A stretch of DNA of 64,000 nt from Asterias rubens (lineage: Eukaryota). Positions within the stretch are counted from its first letter, which is position 1. Each line of letters begins with the position of its first letter. The position numbers and the translations under genes are program-made. Below the pieces are notes generated by a model. The model was not told the origin of the DNA, did no database searches, and saw nothing but the letters and a program-made list of their open reading frames with translations. The stretch is from NCBI RefSeq assembly GCF_902459465.1, contig NC_047074.1, forward strand, positions 806,001-870,000, given 5' to 3'. Shown piece by piece: positions 1 to 13,240 of this stretch.

Positions 1-1171
1 ACCCAACATGCGCGCATCTTTACTGAAAGTGCCATTGGAATTTTTTCTACACGACATGTCATTTTTACTTTGTATAACAATTTGTTTTATTTTACTGACG
101 CATGGCCATCGACTCACCACACAGAATATGATAACAGCCTCACTATCCAAATTACTATAGTGACTCTTAATACAACGTCACCGTGTCACATTGCGACATG
201 AGATCAGTAGGAAATCTAGTCGCCCCATCAGCACCAGGGCCCATTCCCAAGCATGTATCACAAAGAACCTTCCATGTTGAACAATGAAATTATAGTTTTG
301 TGTCAAAATGAATGCATTAGTACTTTTTTCCAAATCAATCAATCAATTAAAAAGTTATTTTAATTTAGAATCAAGCCTATTAAAAATATTGACATTTTTA
401 CTTTTATTATATTTTGACTTGTTTATTTAGACTTTAAATTGTTTCATTCAATAACTCCTCACCATTGTGATTATATTGTGTCAAACTCAACAGCATAGTC
501 TGTCTCCATCCCAAACAGATGAATCAAAATATTTAATAAAAATAAATACATAAAAAACTGAAAGTGTAATACATAAACTCTCCACGATTCTATGAACCTA
601 TTCAGTATAAAATTATGAATTATGATTTTTTTTAATTTTTTTTATGCCATTATTCATAAACTAGCTTCCCCTAAACCAAAAGATGCAGCTTCCCGCTGAT
701 TTTGGGAAACAATTTTGACACCTTCGTGTACGGAAAGGGCCAACCTCAGCCGTGAAATTCACCAAGAGGCCGGTCGAGTGTCACGCGTCTCGGGCCGGCG
801 CTGTGTGCCGTGTGTCACGCAGCAATTACGGCCGGCAACGGGGTAGAAATAATGCAAAGAAAATACGCGCAATAATTTCCCAGGGTTCAGCGAAGGCGCT
901 TGGTTGCATAAAACAAACAATGTGCAATAATTATTTCATACGTTTGTGTTTAGTTTGAAGTGGATATAATATAATTGTCGTTTTCTTTCTCAAAATGTAT
1001 TATTACGAAGGTATGAGGAGTATGTTGTTTGCATAGAGTGACTGTTGGGACGAGCTTGACACGAGAGTTTGACGTGTGGAGACTTTGTCCATTGCTTTTT
1101 CACGAAATGGACAATAATGGGGATTTTCCACATAAAAATTGCACTTAATTCCGACAACAAACAATTTGGTC

Positions 1172-1220
1172 TTTCCTGAACACCATCAGCACTCAGGGGA
1201 AACTGATCGAAACGTTGGGT
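1172..1220 (+). ncRNA. Degenerate minimal hammerhead-ribozyme-like motif, second family, probably inactive
   Basis: TTTC-CTGAACA-cc-ATCAG(cactcaggggaaa)CTGAT-c-GAAACGTT-GGG. Stem II ATCAG/CTGAT and the GAAACGT palindrome are present, but core G8 is changed to C and stem I is weak. Confidence 0.3.
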
Positions 1221-1268
1221 TGTAACACCGCTGGTCGTTTTCTAAACCGTCACAACTCATTAGATATA

Positions 1269-1501
1269 CACTGCAAAAACTATGATGTTAACTTGACATC
1301 ATGGGTGTTATCGTGTAGATACCAACAACAGAATACACAGAACACCATAGGGTATTAAATTAACACTTATTTCTGCAAAAACTATTACATTGGTGTTATT
1401 TTAACATCGTACGATGCTTAGGTTGATTCTCTGTTCGGTATCATAATTATTTGAATAATAATACCCACGGTGTCCATTGTAACACATCGGGTTTTGCAGT
1501 G
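1269..1501. mobile_element. MITE with CACTG termini (CACTA/EnSpm-like non-autonomous element)
   Basis: Left end CACTGCAAAAAC (1269-1280); right end GTTTTGCAGTG (1491-1501); 10-bp perfect TIR. Internal segment GGTATTAAATTAACACTTAT recurs near 4419-4438. Confidence 0.55.
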
Positions 1502-2149
1502 TTTAAGTAAACCGGGTGTAACTGTACTTTCTGAATCGTTTTCCCACCACGTCAAGTTCAAATCCTACGTTTGTTCTTTGTTTACAGTTTGCCTTTCTGA
1601 CGCGTAGATTTTAAAGACTTTCTAGTCAATCAGCAAAGCTGTAGATGTAAATAATTTTGATTCGTTTTGTTGTTTGTTGCTTGCTCCGTTTTAGTTGTTT
1701 TTAAATCAATCTGCTTTCAAAAATATTTTGTTACTTATACTTAAATTACTGTATTTATATTTTATTGTTATTTAAGTATCATAATTAATGCATCCCAACC
1801 ATCTTCGTCTGGATCCCTGTATTCAGTACCAACAACCAATAATGATTCCCTCTTTATAAGTGGGCCCGACGCGTTTCAATAGAACCCTTGCATATGACGT
1901 CACACTTTTAAAAAGCGCCCTCACCGAGGCAAAAGGAGAGAGATCATTGGTACCACAGCTGCCCATGGGGCGTAACATCATGCGCGTGACGTCAGCGTAC
2001 CGGCAGTCTTGCTTGTTATATCAGGGATTTGTTAAGCGCCCCCCCCCCTTCATAATGGTGGGGAATCGAAATCAACTTCGATTGTGAAGTACGTTGGACA
2101 GATCATAGTAAAAACGAAGCCCACTCTCGTGAGTTGAGAGCTGTCTGGA

Positions 2150-2327
2150 CATCATACGAGTGGTTCAGTGGTTAGACTACAGGACTTGTAATTACAATGG
2201 GTGTAGGTTCCAATCCTACCAAGATGACTGTTGATTTATACAATGTCTAGAATATGTTTTGCCGTCTGGTTACTCAATCATAATGTGTTGATTTGTACAA
2301 TTCATATTAATAAACGTTAAACAAAAT
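2150..2327 (+). mobile_element. tRNA-derived SINE, family A
   Basis: Box A-like TGGTTCAGTGG (2161) and box B-like GGTTCCAATCC (~2206). Head and body (ACAATGTCTAGAATA...TTACTCAATCA...TACAATTCATA) align by eye with an inverted copy at 53612-53786. Confidence 0.7.
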
Positions 2328-2350
2328 AGTGTTTCTGTGAGGGAGGTTAA

Positions 2351-2949
2351 AGTCACCTGGAAATGGTATTTTGTCAAAATAAAGCATTTGTCACTTAAAT
2401 ATGTGTTTTGATGAGTAGAATATGAATAAACAGTTATTAACTAAGGTTCTAAAAACTTAGTTTCCATGTTATTAACAACTTTAAAAGTAGGCCCGACCCG
2501 AGAGGGCGCTGTTCGTGACGTCAATCGAGGCGCGGTATTTGAAGCACGACGGCTCGAAGTGTTTGCTGCACAGCGCTGGAAAAGACGTCGGACCGGACCA
2601 GTTTGCAAACTGACCCATTTTTTAGTTGTTTTGCTGCCTCCAGCAGCAATACACCCGCAGTAATACACCTGGTTGACATTGCCGGAAAAATGCAAGAAAT
2701 AAACCTCTTTTTCGAAACGTACAAACTCACGTCTAGGACTTGCATGTACGTGCACGTACGTGTGTTCGATGTTCGATCGATGCAAAGTCTGCCTCGATTG
2801 ACGTCACAAAAGGGGTAGGCGGAGTCACCCCGAACAACTTTATCTATTTATTAACATATAAATCGTAACAAACAATTGCTCAAAAAATGATTTTATTGTT
2901 CACAAACATATACATATAAAAATAACAATAATTATATTTCCTGGTGACT
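2351..2949. mobile_element. Kolobok-type MITE (TTAA TSD, AG...CT termini)
   Basis: TTAA(2347-2350)-AGTCACCTGGAAAT ... ATTTCCTGGTGACT-TTAA(2950-2953); 14-bp TIR with 1 mismatch. No coding capacity. Confidence 0.8.
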
Positions 2950-4021
2950 TTAACTAGTTGCAAACTTGGTGTTTATATCCCCTCGTGAGAGTTTTCCAAC
3001 TTCCCTTGACGGGAAGATCATCCAAATAAAAAATACTTTTGCATTGTGTTCATTCGGTACCTTTAAGAGACTGATGACAACAGAATGGAAAACAAAAGGT
3101 GTCCTTATTTGACTGGGAATTCCAAAGAGCTCTACGATGAACTATGTGTACAAAGTTTATTATGGGAGGATGATAAGTGCAGTGACAAAGGAAACAACAA
3201 TAGAAGTCTTTACAGGAATGCATATTTGAGAATGCGTGTAAACACCACATGCAATCTACTCCGTATGGAGTCATGAACACAATTGCATGGCCTCGTCTCT
3301 TCTTGTACATTCTCTATCAGTGAACCGACTATACATAGCATCACAATGGCAAACAAAATGGCCGCTTTTTGATGACGTCATAAAGTTTACCAATTTGCGT
3401 TCAAAAGTCGGGTCATAAGTCAGAAATAAGCTACCGGCATACTAGGATTTTTCTGTACATTATTATCGTTTTAAAGTTAATCGACACTTAAGAAATGTAC
3501 ACAGTTTGCCTTCGCGTGGCGTTTCAAATAAAAGGTAATCTAATATGTAAGACACTTAGCTTCAAAGACACGCGCTCTTATTCTGCTGTCATTATAGATT
3601 TCTTTATGCTCTTAATAAAAGCACATGCTTTGCTACACTATATGGGGCATAATGGCATCTTTACTTCAGAACCGCTAAAGAGGAAAAGGACCTCGTACGG
3701 TTGCAATGTTTACGCGCGATTTGACCCTTTCAAGAGGAAACAACGACCGCCCGACGGTCTGGGAGATTCGCGGTAACATTCTAGCATTCCCCGGTCTTTT
3801 TGGCGTTCCACGTGGATGGGCAAAAAATCAAACTCAACGACGATTTGAAAAGATCCTGATTCAATCCCTTGTCGAATTCATTAAGGAATGGAAGAGGGAG
3901 GAAAATTTCGAGGTCAACTCCCAGCAGGGGAAAAATTAAATAATGTTGTATGTAATGATGCTAGTCGGACAAAACGCGCAATGTGTAATGTAGCGTGTAT
4001 GTTCAGAATGGAAACACCTCG

Positions 4022-4272
4022 ATGTGGCGTATTAATTAACCTAGCTACATGTTTTAATATTAACAATTAGAACAAAATACAAAAACTTATATTATAAAGT
4101 GTCGTTCTAAGTTTATAAAAACTTAAGACACCTTAAAATTAAGCGAATACAGTCCTCTATGTGGCATAATTAATAACCTATCTACATCATGTTGCAAATA
4201 CTAACAATTAAAAAAATATTAACAATAAATGTTTGTTATATATAAAGAGTATGTTCTAACTGTCTAAAAACT
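4022..4272. repeat. Old diverged tandem duplication, period ~137 bp
   Basis: ATGTGGC...TAACCTA(G/T)CTACAT...TAACAATTA...ATATAAAG...GTTCTAA...AAAAACT appears twice, starting at 4022 and 4159. Confidence 0.6.
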
Positions 4273-4287
4273 ACATTGACAGTCATG

Positions 4288-4393
4288 TTGGCTAAGTGGT
4301 TTCTTCCTGGTCCCTGCCTTTCACCTCTGTAGACCCGGTTCAAATCCCACCTCAGACCAGACCCTTTAAGCTAAGTGGTTTCTTCCTGGTCCC
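4288..4393 (+). mobile_element. tRNA-derived SINE head fragment with a 24-bp direct repeat
   Basis: Box A-like TGGCTAAGTGG, then GCCTTTCACCTCTG, then box B-like GGTTCAAATCCC. GCTAAGTGGTTTCTTCCTGGTCCC is exact at 4291-4314 and 4370-4393. Confidence 0.55.
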
Positions 4394-7320
4394 ACGGGTG
4401 ATGTCACATTACACAAAAGGTATTAAATTAACACTTATTACTTCCAGCAATTGTTTTGCACGTTAATGAGTGTATATTTATTTTAAAGATATGATTATTT
4501 GGAGTGAGGTGACCAATTTTAATGCTGATTTATTACGCATCTAAACGTTGTGACGTCATGTCTGGTATCCTGGCTGTGGCTACAAGTGAACTACTTCTAG
4601 CATAGTACCAGAATCATTCACTGCACCTAATTGACGATTTCGAAACTGTCAAATATATTCACTCTTATAGAAAGTTAAAATGTTGGTTGTTATGTAGAAA
4701 GTCTGGTCCAAAATACCCTAACTAAACAGCAGTATTCTTGTCCAGTTAGTAAATTGTTTTGTTTTTTGGTTCATTTGACATAAACTGCATTTACTGAGAG
4801 CGTTATTTTTAAAAAGTTGACATTAAGCAAAAACTACTTATAGACAAAATCCCATCTTGCATTGCCATTTCTAACACATTGGATAACATCCCATACCACT
4901 ATAAGATGTCAGGGACTAAGACTCGGTTCCCTTTATATCATTAGTTGCAATTAACGTAAACGATTGTCTTACACAGACTTAATCCCATTATCAATTCTCA
5001 TCACTTGGATACCATTATACACAACCAGAAGACGTCTGGGGCTAAGACTTGGCACACATCCAGTCTGTTCCCCTTTACATCATTAGATGCAATTATCACC
5101 TGTTGTTACTCACTTTGCAAATAAAGATTCGACCTTGCACTTGATTTAATATCGGACATTAATATAAAAAAACCCAAAAAAAAACAAAAAAACATGTGGC
5201 ATATACCACATCCGAGACATTGTAGGTTTTCCGTCACTCGCCGTAAAACCTTGGAGCCGTTGCCGGCACGGACGGACGGATGAATGAACGTTGGAGTAGA
5301 TGATAATACAATTTCAGCTTCACTCATGTCGCGGAAACGGTCTTGCGGGCCGCTAGGTTTCCAGTGAAGAACATCCGGTAGTATGCAATATGACAGAGCA
5401 ATAGTTGAAGATGGTCGCTGCTTGGCGGTATTATTTATTAGATAAGGGGTGTTGTGTATTGAAACTGGGTGAAGCCACGCGTGAAGTGCTACAAAATTAA
5501 TTGACAATTTTTTTATTATTATTTTCAACTCTGGTGTGACACGGTTTTGTAGATGCTAGTGTGTGTTTGAACGGTAACCCTTGTAAGAAGACTGTGGGAT
5601 GTAGGCCTATTACACAAAACACAAATCAACCGTCTTATCATGTTGTTTATATTATTTCTAAGGCATTGCGTCTTGAGACAATGTTTTTAGTCTTGTTGTT
5701 AAAATTGTGTGAAACATCTTGTAACAACAAACAATTTCGTTGAACATTGTGAATTTTAAGATAATGTGGTGTTTGTAAATATTGTCTAATATTGTTTGGT
5801 TTTGAACCGTTCAACATTTAAAATTATTTGTTTGATTATAGGATAAAAACTGCTTTTCAAACATTAATTATTTTTCTGTTCTTAAAACATTTTCTGTTTA
5901 ATTTCTTAGCAGCCGAATTTTTCAAAGAGTCGTATACATTTATTCATAATAAGACCTTCATTCACATTGCTATTTTAAAACGAGGTTGCATTTGTTTGGT
6001 TAGGGGCAACGTTGCCAATTTTGTCTTTTTAGAACGTTAAAATGTTCTTCCTTTTAGAGAATTGGCAGCAGGCACTTTGACTTTCAGTGATGTACTTTTT
6101 ACAATCATGGCGACATCTATTCAACAAAATACCTATTTTTAGTCGTTTTGCTCCTAAGCTGATTAGCTGCCTTCTTTTCTACGAAGTTGATTAGATTTAA
6201 GTTTCCTGAAGGCATAATTTACCTCATTTTTACAAACCCCACAAAAACCTCTATAGACAGTCCAAGTTTAGCGTGGGAAACGAAAACAATCCAAACATTC
6301 ATAAAGCAAATAAAGACCTGTCACTTCAAATCACAATCAACATCCGCCTTAAGTTCCATTTATGCAATTCTACAACTATGCCCTAATAACACTAATATCT
6401 CTGAATGAGAACAGCTTATCCACAAAAAATATTCCTCCGATTTGGAGAAAGTTATCATCAAATAATTGAGCGGAAATATGTTTGCAAAAAAGAAATATGA
6501 CAAACACAATACCGTAAAGTACCGTTCTGTCATCACGTCCAGAGCAAAGAAAAGCTCTTTTTTGTCCCCCACGTCCGTGCAAATTTACTCAACCTAAATC
6601 CCTGTACAAACACATCGATAATAGGAAGTGTATGCAATAAAAACTTACCCACGAGTAAACACTGTTTTTTTGTCAGGGCTCGATGTTATTAAAAAAGTAA
6701 AACAAATCTTCTGTCACTCTGCGTCGATCATCATATTCTTAAGTTAAACCAAACTGGTTTCGCAATTTTCCTTGATATCTTCAACTGATTATGATTTAGA
6801 ACATTTTACCTTCTTGTTTTGCTTTTTTTCATTCGGAGACGAGACAGCATACTTTGGTTAAAGATTCCCGGACTCATACTTATTCTTTTTTCAGCTTTAA
6901 TGGTTTGGTAAAACTGTTGCGTCAAAAGATCCGAAAAATCTTTTCGGGTATGATTTGAACCAGAATATGTTGATGTAGTCAGATCGGGAATAAAGAGGGC
7001 TATTGTTTTGGAGTCGCACTTATACACATTAAGAAATAGCATAGTGCATACCACACACATCGATGTAAAGGTACCGTAAAATCAAACCAATAAATACTGT
7101 TAAAGCGAATCTCAATCCTCGGTGGTATCCGCTTTCGGTTATCATAAATCGACAAATTTCACGCCAATTGTCAACTACCTACGGCTGTGTTCATTAACAT
7201 TGTATTGTGATTTAAGAACATGGTTTTGTTTATAACTACAGTGGGCCTCTATAAAGGCACATTCCTTTCAATGTTACATCCTATAACATAGTCTTTCTCG
7301 AACTCGAAGGCGGCATTCGA

Positions 7321-7349
7321 GAAACCCTGCTAGGGTCAAAACGTCAGGC
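7321..7349 (+). other. 3' half of a minimal hammerhead-like motif (truncated and mutated)
   Basis: ACCC(TGCTA)GGGT-C-AAAACGTC-AGGC gives a stem II hairpin plus a (G>A)AAACGTC core half. The 5' CTGANGA half is absent. Confidence 0.3.
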
Positions 7350-9319
7350 AACTCATTTTTGTACATTGATAGACCGCGTATTGAGCTGTCACAAGTATTT
7401 TTTTTAACAAGCCCCAATTTCCAACTCTAGGATGCAGTTTACTTTGGGTGTAAGCATTTTGCAACAGCTTATTCTATTTTCTCATACGTATACTTTCATC
7501 TCACTTTGGACTGCGTTTGGATTTAGTAAATTTTATGAAGATTTACCCCTCCCCTAAATAGCCATCACCCAAAGCCCAATTTCCAACTCTAGACCAGCCT
7601 TGATGATTATTTTTAGCCCCTTGTACATGAGGTCCGGAGAAGCAGGCACCAAGTACTCTCCGTGCACTAATTATTCGTGAGAAAATAAACAGAGTTTTTT
7701 TGCCATGTTTGCCGTTGTATTTTCTGGTGTTTGCTGACCCAAATGTTAACAAATAAGGTTTTACCGTGTACACGAAGCATGACAGAAATCCAGCCAGTAT
7801 TGATTTGTCCACTTCCAGTTATATATAAATCCAACGTAATGAGACAAGACAGAGGAAAGAGGGCAAGTCGTTTACTAACGTAGCGGGCTTTGTCATAATG
7901 GTCAAAGTTGGTACAGGCAAAGTGGAGGAAACAAACTGCACCGTATGAAAAAGGAACAACTGCTTTACAAGATATTTTTAAAACACCTTTAGAAACCCAA
8001 GATGCAGTATAAAAGCCTTGTTCTTCCTTAATCTCTTTTCGGGTTGCACACACAAACTTAAAATTCCAGTAAACACGTAAGAGTGACATTATTCAAAGCA
8101 AGACAAGTTCTCAAAAGAACATGATGTACACACAATGGTGGTACCGCCAAACAAAATATTTATTGACATCATTCAAGATCAACATCTTAACATATAGTAC
8201 TTTGGAATGTCTTCTCAAATGATGTTCTGAAGGAAAATGTATCAGGCAACCAAAAACTGAGAAAAAGTAATGCACCCGTCCCTTCCAAAAACAATTAATG
8301 TATTTACTTGAGCAATGCTACAAACCGAATGGGACCTTTTGCATCTGTTTTTAGGAGGAAAGTTGTTGACTAAATCGTAGTAAATAACATACTGTGTTAA
8401 ATAACTTCGCGCTATTACAAGCGCCGTGCTGGGCTCATTATCGCCCAAATAACGCTCTTCAAGTATCAGTGAAAATACTTTACACTGCCATTAGTCAAAC
8501 AAAAAAGGAAATAATTACATTGTGATATCTTTTTGTGGTTCCAACAAGACACTATCACCTTCAACAAAGCTAGGTATTTTCGTTCAAAAGAACAGCCTGT
8601 TATCCTTTGTGTAGAGACATCATCACGAGGAACTAGGCGAGAGCAAGCTCTGGAGCCCCCCATGAATGTAGTCATTTCCCGGGTGAAATATTAATGCCCG
8701 ATCCGCTTACGATTTCACTCCGACCTGTGGGGTTTGTCGTAAAAGCCTCGTTTATGCATAATTTAGAGCAAGTAGACTTAATGATGAATAGAATGTAGAA
8801 ATCAATTTATACCACGGTTGATTTTGTGTCTACACCAGACTCAAAGAATGATTTTTTTTGTGGCGGTTAAAATTTGCTTCGCGCCAAAAGCTATCTCTTT
8901 GTCTGTTTTATAATTGCATTTGATGTATTGAAAACAATTTCATTTTTGTTGATAAAGATAAATGTACACTTGTAGCACTTTTCGACGTAATTTTCTCTTT
9001 CATGCAAAGTCTGCATTTAACCAAAGTCTAAATAGAAGTGATACGCATGAATTAGATAATACAAAAAAGTGAGGGGGGGGGGAGGGGGAGGGGGGGGAGG
9101 GCACGAAGGGAAAACAAATAAGAAAACAAATGCATATTTCTTAAATTGTATGAATCTATACAAAAATGCAATGGCATTTGCAGAATCAAGTTTTTGGCAG
9201 AATACCATATATGTTGTTGTTTTATTTATGAGAAGTCGCCAAAAAACGCGACCGGATGGCCATTTTATTGTGAGGGCTTTCACTTCACTTTTGGGCTGTC
9301 GACCAAAATCAACTGTCAC

Positions 9320-9705
9320 CAGGGACACCTTGTCACCTACTCCTAGGGCTGAAACAGGGTTACCCCCTTCACAGTCCATAAGGATGTAGGCTTAGGTATC
9401 ATCCACTAGGAGCCACCTACTCCTAGGGCTGAAACAGGGTCCATATGGATGTAGGCTTAGGTATCATCCACATAGGAGCCACCTACTCCTAGGGCTGAAA
9501 CAGGGTTACCCCCTTTACAGTCCATATGGGTGTAGGCTTAGGTATCATCCACAAGGAACCTGCTGGTGCATAATGCACTACTTCCCCAACTTTTTACGAA
9601 GCAATTATGGTGCCTTGCTCAGGGACCAAAAGTGCCATGCCTAGGATTCGAACCTACACTCTGTTGCTGAAAACACTGAAGCTAAGGTTCCGTCACGACA
9701 TGCCA
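9320..9705 (-). mobile_element. tRNA-derived SINE, family B, with a triplicated 3' segment
   Basis: Minus-strand box B GGTTCGAATCC (9644-9654) and the common SINE body motif GTCCCTGAGCAAGGCACC. These are followed by three tandem copies of an ~80-bp segment starting at 9334, 9414 and 9480; the middle copy is 66 bp. A short inverted relative lies at 14709-14748. Confidence 0.75.
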
Positions 9706-11354
9706 ATTATTTTCATTCATTGGTTTCTTTTTCAAAATGCAAATTCTCAATAGTAACCTAATGACTGGTGTTCATTCATCTAAAGTTTGAACAAACCTTC
9801 CAACAATTAAATCTGAAACAGGGCTTTTAAAATGTCTGGGTTTGTTTTACTTCCGAGACAGAAAAAGAGAGAAGGGGGTGAAGGAAAAAAACTAGAAGAA
9901 AATGTGCGAACAACCATTGCAGCTTTATTTACAATTCCTTTAATTTCAAGTTGTGAAAGGTATAAGTAGATTTATTTTTATCCATCGCTCTCGAGTTGTC
10001 CTGACATCCACAAATTGTAATCCTTTCCAACTTCCCTGTTAGCTATTCCCCTACTTACAAGAAAAAAAGCTTAATCCGTCAGACTTCATATCAATATTTT
10101 ATTGCTACGGATGATGATATTTCTCTTCCACTCCAAAAAGACCCGGAGGGTGCCTGGGCCACCTGCGTTATACAGGCAGACCAAGAGCGTGAAGTAGACG
10201 CTTCCGTTGGGCCGATGTAAGTGCCGAACTCACGGTTGGTGTGACTGTGGGGTCCACCACCCCCGATTATAAATCACGCACCAGAAGAAGAAAAAAATAA
10301 AGAAAGAGTAAAACATTATTCAAAGAGCGGAATAGAAGTGTTGAAGTATTCGAACAGAAACACAAATTTGAAAATCAATTATAACACCAGTATAGAGCTA
10401 TCCAACTGGCAATGATAATTTATTAGGACGACCAATCTGGGAAAATAACTGTTGGACATTTTTAATATAGTATAATATAAAGTATAGTTGACTCACAGGG
10501 AACATTAGTTTTTGAACACAGAATTTACTGAAAACTAACTAGAGATTTGATTTGTAAGAGAGGTTTTTCAGTGGACACCACTGGAATACTTGCTATATAA
10601 TTTAACAATTAGTGGACGCACTCTGGTGAATAGTCCATGTAATATGCATGTCCAAATGCGCACGATCGACGCGCAAATAATTCTGTGAGAAACCCAAGTT
10701 CAAGCAATACAGGCAACCGTCATGGCGTACCGATTTATAAGCAATTCATTACACAACTATACAAACTGGCAAATGGGATGCTGTTCATCTTGGCAGCTTG
10801 AACTATATGGTTATAGTCAGTCACTGGTAACAGTAATCAGTAACTATGTAGTAGTTACTTGTGTTTAGTTACTAGTGTCTAGTTGTTAGTTGCTAGTTGC
10901 CAGTGAACACACTAGTAATATAAAGGACCTATCGATGAACCAACATGGCAGGAGCGATAGTTAACGCAATTTAAGAAACAGGGAAAGCATAAGTACACAA
11001 GAAAACCATTACTACACATGTTGTCTGTCTTCAAAAATATAAGCCGCCATTAAAATTATTAACCAATTATTACACAAATTACTATATGTTTAATTATTGA
11101 TGTAATTTAGCTGTCTACGCAGCACTGCATGAAATATCACAAATTTATATTGCCTCCATGACTTAGGTGTGAATTATTAATATTTCAAATTATCATTACT
11201 GTGGTTGAAATTATTTCTCCAAAACGAGTAAAGTGTGCTCCTGAAAGTGCATCATTAAAATCCCTAATCGGCTAATCAACTCCACAAAATAATGTGATGA
11301 CAATACTTTTTTTTACGTAGTTAAGCAATACTAATAAGCAATAAATTCTTCTTG

Positions 11355-11435
11355 GAAATTCTCCAGGGAGCATGTTGGCAATCGCATTCAATCACATGCA
11401 CATTACTCGGGTGGGAATCGAACCCATGACCTTTG
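11355..11435 (-). mobile_element. tRNA-derived SINE head fragment
   Basis: Minus strand reads CAAAGGTCATGGGTTCGATTCCCACCCGAGTAA, a box B motif in tRNA T-arm context. No cloverleaf. Confidence 0.5.
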
Positions 11436-13029
11436 TAGGGAGTCATCCAAACAGGTTTAAACATCCACGCACACCGGTTTTATGTAACCTAAGTCAATAA
11501 AACCAGTCAGATATTCTTATGATATGCTGGAAATATAACACAGATTCCACGTTATGTGGATGATACATTACTTCATATCTTAAACCATCATTTTTTTAAT
11601 AATAAATTCCGCGACTCGGGCGTCCCCTCTCCGGGAACAGCCGGGTTGGAGGGTGCCAAAACATCAACTTCTGCACTTTCTCAAATCCCGTCTTGGTGTA
11701 AAGCTGTACTTTCATCACCTCGTCCCGCTCCCCCTCTCCCCCGTCATATTTGATTGATTTACACCCCAAGTATTTCACGAGACGTGGCCGAGCTCGTGTA
11801 ATGGCGCGAACCTGATTCTCCACAGCGCAACCTAGCGCGTCAAACGCGGGGAACATCCACGCAATGTGTTAAAAATCCCGCCACTGAACTCGCCTAGTTA
11901 TTGTCCACCTGTGCCTGAGCTGCTATTGGTTGTCTTAACGATGACGTAGAGTTTGCAGCCCCCCCCCCCCCAATCGTGACCTGTTTTTTCTTCTCCATAA
12001 TCACACTTGATGATTCGTAAATGCAAATTTAGTTTCTCTATTCCTTGTGGCTGTTTGCTGCCTTTTGTTATGCACTGTCACTTTACATTTCTGACAATTA
12101 GGGTAATCAAGTGTTGCAATAAATTAAGTATTAATTGGACAATGGCAACCTTCCGGTTACACGTCACATCTGCTGATGATGTAGTAAAGTGAGGGAATTT
12201 TGCACCCCAACAAAAGATACAGAGTGAAAATAAAAAAGTAAGTTATGTCACAATCAATTTCCCCATACAATCACATTGGTTTTATGAGAAAGTTAATCAG
12301 TAATACTTTATACAACTAAAAAATAATGATCTGAGATTTTAGGTTTTTCAAAACTAGTGGCATAATAAAGGGATATAGTAGTTTACATTTTGATAGTTCA
12401 CATAATATTGTCGTTGAGGGCTGGAGAAAATGAACTAAATAACAATTGACATTCCAACCATTTAAGATAAACAAATACCTACAAATAAATAAAAAGGTCA
12501 AAAGTAATAATAATTGAGATGGCGCCAGCAAATATCACGTCAACGTTTCTCAAAAAGTCCATTGCTGCATTTTGACCATAAAAAAAACTAACAATAGACT
12601 GACTTTGACAAATGGGTTTATCAACTTCATAAACAGTGCATTGTACTGTTCAAATATGATGGAACATGTTAGTCGTAAAACCGATGCATCATTATTGTCT
12701 TCTTTTGTTTTGAGATGAACATGTGGTCTGCGTCATGTCAGGTGTGCTGGTTCTGTATGATGCAAGCAAGCAATCAACTTTGCATGAATCAATCAATTAA
12801 TTCATAAATCGCCTAGGGGAAACATTGTCCATCATTAATGGCAAATTCTGCTGACAGGTTTTCACGGCTAAACGAGGGAATTATTGCCCTCTTTTCAAAC
12901 AAACTTGTTGACTGTTCATTTGAAAGTATGAACTTGAATGGAAAGTATGAACGTTGTACTGGGTTCAATTGTGAAAAAAAAAATATAATTTTTGAAAAGC
13001 GTTCATAAACGAATTATGGTTATTATAAT

Positions 13030-13240
13030 GATGATGTTGTTGTTGTCGTCGGTCGCTGTTGTTGTTGGTATTTTTTAACTGTTTTAACAATTTTGTTGAT
13101 GTGTTTGTTTTGTTTATTTGTTGTTGATGTTGTTGTTGTTAATGTTTCTTGTTATGTTTCTTGTTAATGTTTCTTGTTATGGTACTTCTTGGTCTTGAAG
13201 ATTTTTGTTGTTGATTTGCTGTTAATGTTGTTGTTCTTGA
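13030..13240. repeat. GTT-rich low-complexity/simple repeat
   Basis: Runs of (GTT)n and three near-identical TGTTTCTTGTTA units. Confidence 0.7.

Noticed and set aside
2155-2225. Possible tRNA-Thr(TGT) gene
   Set aside because: Acceptor and anticodon stems do not pair. The sequence continues into a body shared with 53612-53786, so it is a SINE head.
3066-3115. CTGATGA...GAAAAC hammerhead-like spacing
   Set aside because: Only a 2-bp stem II, an extra A after GAAA and no stem I complementarity; consistent with chance.
3085-3276. 63-aa ORF MENKRCPYLTG...
   Set aside because: No recognisable domain, no convincing splice sites, and an in-frame stop just upstream.
5106-5528. 140-aa minus-strand ORF
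   Set aside because: No recognisable homology; it runs through low-complexity A/T tracts.
9071-9100. G-rich tract with G-quadruplex potential (one of many poly-G/poly-C runs)
   Set aside because: Such runs recur throughout the window and show no specific context.
10080-10260. Possible small exon (either strand gives a short protein-like frame)
   Set aside because: Both orientations are equally plausible and there is no identifiable motif or matching partner exon.
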